Below are positions 60,220 to 64,000 of a stretch of DNA of 64,000 bases, piece by piece. Source of the stretch: Amphiscolops sp. MND2022 (lineage: Eukaryota); NCBI GenBank assembly GCA_964187785.1, contig OZ076409.1:93684001-93748000 (forward strand), written 5' to 3'. A program made the position numbers and the translations under genes. Numbering within the stretch: position 1 is the first letter of the stretch; the number at the start of each line of letters is the position of its first letter. Under the pieces are notes generated by a model, which did not search any database, had not been told where the DNA came from, and was given only the letters and a program-made list of their open reading frames with translations.

Positions 60220-61441
60220 TAGATCGTTTCAAAAAGTTCGCGAAACTAGGTACCAGTCTTGTAATTAGCGATGCTATCATATCAATGTCTGCAACCATGC
60301 GAGGCAAATACACATCTGACAAGCTTGCAAAATCGATATACCGTTTTAAAGATGCAAACCCGGATTATGCAAACTCAGCAATTGCTCGGAATTTCTCGAT
60401 TTCCGAGTCAACACAGGAATCCTGAAGCGACGTATTGGGCAGAAAAATGTCAAATTGGGTCAAAAATCTGTACTCACAAGAAAAATCAAGCGTCAGCTTG
60501 CTTCTGGGCCGCGTTATTTGAAACTCAAAATTCCGGCTTTCTGACCTTCTGCTTAGAGCCAGACGACTTGTCTCCAATGCCACGGCACACCGTTTTTTGA
60601 ACAAAAATTGCGGCATTCGAAATAGTGTTGCTGTACAAGACGTTCTTACAAATGCTCAAAAAGATAGGAGAGTTAACAGGTGCCGTCAACATTTATTTTT
60701 AATCGGCGCTTCATGATGTGAAACGCGACTATTATAGTGGCTTTCTTTTTTTCAATCCACACGAACTGACCAAAAGAGTTCTTGAAAGTTCTACAAAATA
60801 TTATTGCACCAAATTGCACTATTTGGTCTACCGAACTGAACCAAAAAAGTTTTTCCTGTTTTCCCGCGTACCATACCATACCCGGGGAGACCAAAGGGTC
60901 CCCCTTCCATTTTTTTTTCGGCACTGCGAGACTTTTTTTCCGGAAATTTTTTCCCCAAAATGTCCCCTCTTCAATTTTTTTGCTTTTTTGCGACAGAATG
61001 GATGTTGGAAAATGCCAAAGGGTCCTCCCTTTCAGTTTTTTTCGGCATTGTGAGATTTTTTCCCGAAAATAGAAATTTTTGTTTTCTTCAATTTTTTCAT
61101 GTTTTGCGACAGAATTGATGTTGAAAAACCTCAAAGGGTCCCCGCTTCCAGTTTTTCGGCATTGTGAGACTTTAGCGCGCCAGGGGCTCGCGCTAGCGAG
61201 CCCCGGCGTGCCACTCGGTCCATTTTTTTGAGTATGTAGTTTTTTCGAAAAATTTTTTCGAAAAATTTTCGATTTTCGAGTACTGTAAAAGAGAATACTT
61301 GACACTTGGATGTCTTTTTGCTATTTTTGAGCCTTGGATATGGCGCCGACTTGGGCCGGTCCCGGCTTGTTTGACTTCACAAATGGTGTTTTCAGCGACG
61401 ATTAATTAGTTCTAGTCTCGTGAACTTTTTGAAACGATCTA
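60220..61441 (+). mobile_element. Deleted Tc1/mariner-like element, interrupted by a HINE copy
   Basis: TIR TAGATCGTTTCAAAAAGTTC(G/A)CGA flanked by TA; HTH-like remnant MRGKYTSDKL...SAIARNFSISEST. Confidence 0.7.
60696..61371 (+). mobile_element. HINE/DINE-1-like non-autonomous Helentron copy
   Basis: TTTTT-AATCGGCGC ... GCGCCGACT-TGG-GCCGGTCCCGGC-TTGTT. Confidence 0.7.
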
Positions 61442-63302
61442 TAGTAGCTTGGCTGCAGAGTGGTCCTTTGGAACCCAAACCGAAAGTTTCTTTGATGCAT
61501 GATAAATTCATGCTAAACATGCGAACATGCGAAACATCACTGATCACGAAATGTGCGCACAGAGTCAAACGAAGCATATGATTAGTCAGTGGCAAATGAA
61601 GAAGGCACTTTTCACAATTGTTCATATGAACAAATAAAAAGCACACAAGGAAACAGTCACAGTTTGAAACGTGAACAAAAATAGAGGGTACAAAAAAACT
61701 GACAAAACTTTTCCGTGTGTAAAACGAAGGTAAAATGATACTTGTGGTATTACGTGACGGTTAATACTCAAACCAAAAAGCAACCCAAACCAACTCCAAC
61801 TAAAACTGGGTATCAGGTTGAACCAGAAAATTCAATTACGTCATTTTCAAAACATTACGCAAAACTATGTTCAGAATTAGAATTGAAAACCAATTTGAGC
61901 AGAAATTTCTCAATCTTTTTTTAAGAGAAAAATGATTAGGGATCATAATACAGTCAACGTAGATTCATTAAAAAAAGGTGAATCGAGCCTGCAGAAAGAA
62001 AGCAGAAGAATCGGTACTCCTGAACAAGTGTGGTCGCTAAAAAATTTATGCAGCCGGCCTGAAAACTGACTAAGTGTGGTCGCTAGCAAATTTAAAAGAG
62101 CCAACGTAAAGCAAATTATTACATGTAGTTGAAAACAGCAGAATTCAGATTACTTGCTTTTAGTGCTGTTACAGCCAATATGTACGGAAATCGGTTTGAA
62201 GAGGTTAGCATGTTTCTTGTATGGCTCGGTCGTTTCGCTCCGTTCGCTAAGTAGCAACATTGAGGCATAGCCATATAGCACGTCGCTCCGCTTCGCTTCG
62301 CTCCTGCATTTAGGACACTACGGGTATGTGAACATAGCTGACTACGTTATAATAATCATTCAGACAAAATATGCAGGGACCACACTTATTATATAGGGAC
62401 CATGCATAGTAAGGAGAAATCGCCTGGGACCGCACTTAGTCAGGAGGACCGCAGAATCTTGATACAACCTCAGCGTGCAACCTCAACTGAAAAGAAGATA
62501 TAATAAAAAGGTAAACGAAATTTAAAACAATGTTTTTCTGCAGCTGTTGATACAAAAGTTTAACATGATAGACCGGTAAAATTCCACTGGATGAACGTAA
62601 ATTGATCAAAAAGGTAGCCAGAACTAAATACACAAAGCTCAATATAGATAATCAAATGGACATGAATGTCGAACCAGCTGGTATAGTGTAGGCTTCGTAT
62701 ACGATGTTAATTTTCACTCGCGGTGATGTGGAAACACATGGCATAAGTGTGCGAGAATATCTGATAAGACTAGATGAAGCAGTTGTGAGCCTGGAATCTG
62801 AAATTGAAAATGTGCCCAACGAAGTATTGAGTGGGAGGGCTATCAACAATCAACAATCAACAAATCAACAATCTAACACATAAAGCCCTAAAAAAGCGAA
62901 GAAACCCACAAGTGAAAAGACATATGCCAGATTCTACTCCCGAGAACCCAAAAGATAAACGTTTCGAAATTGCTGCAACGCCAACGAAGAATGACAAATC
63001 AATGGAACCTGAAATAAATTGAGCGTTGCACTTTTTTCTTATGCCGGTATTCTAATCTCTAATTGCTTTGAAAAATATTTCGAAAAAGACACAAATCAGT
63101 AATAGGAAAAAGTAAAAGTTATTATAATTTTGTTTGTCATTTGCACTGCAGTATTTTCTGGAGTTCTGCGCTTGGAGCTTTTTTGGCTTTGATTTCTTTT
63201 GCCCTACTAATACCAAATATTATTGAGTGTAACGCTCAATTATCCGGTATAAAACAACTGATAACCAACTTGATATTTACTTTAGTTTTGTAATATCGTT
63301 TT

Positions 63303-64000
63303 ATGTTGAATCTGGAGAACCAAAATAAGGAGCAACAAATAACTAATGCTAAGACGCCCGAACATCCGTCTTTTAACAAAATTGACGAATCAGAAAAATG
63401 CAAAACAAAAACATTCACCGTTTTAGGTCTTAAAATTAGATCTCTCGATTATCATATAAATGAACTTCGTGTCCTTCTAGAAATCATGGACAAAAAACCT
63501 GAAGTACTGGCACTTACTGAAACCTGGATGACGGATGATCACTCACTAGTTGACTTGGACATAGTTGGTTATCAACCAATTGAATTCAAAGCACGACCAA
63601 ATGCTAAGAGACGATCCGGTGGTATAGCTTTTTACGTGAAAGATGGATTATCATTTCAAGTTGTGTCCTTCAAAACTGATATAGAATGTTTAATTATCAA
63701 GATAACTAGCGATAACAAAACATTGTACAATATATGTTCGATATATCGACCAGAGACTATTAAAATCAACAACTTCATTGGTTATCTAGAGACTTAATTG
63801 TATTTTCTGAAGGGTTTGCCTGGAGAAACATTGCTTTTCGGTGACTTTAATATCGACACATTAAAAGATGATCTGGATAGGAAGAAGTATGTGGCTCTCT
63901 TGGAAGCGTATGGTTTTGAGATACAAAATAAATTACCGCCAAGGGTCACGCCCACTTCTAAGAGTTGCATCGATCACATGATAACCCAAATTGTAGTTTG
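63303..64000 (+). pseudogene. CR1/L2-like LINE ORF2, AP-endonuclease domain; in-frame stop at 63795-63797; runs off the window
   Basis: IRSL, LALTETW, GGIAFYV, SIYRP, and after the stop FGDFNID and RVTPTSKSCIDH. Confidence 0.85.

Noticed and set aside
60673..61305. 210-aa minus-strand ORF and similar ORFs at 24095-24662
   Set aside because: Chance frames in the HINE repeat; broken differently in each copy

Overview
AT-rich, transposon-dense animal genomic DNA (spliceosomal introns, a class A GPCR). The main feature is a young, 15.65-kb Ty3/Gypsy LTR retrotransposon (8061-23709; 2050-bp LTRs about 99% identical; CGATG target-site duplication). Its gag begins inside the LTR and pol is reached by a -1 frameshift. 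Between pol and the 3' LTR it carries a 5-kb accessory region. This region holds (i) an antisense, apparently five-exon gene for a ~1180-aa protein that resembles a catalytically dead hAT DNA-transposase, and (ii) a divergently oriented 216-aa sense ORF that runs into the 3' LTR. Downstream lie six exons of a host rhodopsin-family peptide GPCR (24840-40720), three of whose five visible introns use GC donors. The rest comprises related solo LTRs, Helentron-type (HINE/DINE-1-like) repeats, MITEs, a perfect 102-bp palindrome, a tandem array, and decayed Gypsy, CRE-like, BEL/Pao, Tc1-like and CR1/L2-like elements. All calls are by eye; family assignments rest on motif recognition, not database searches.
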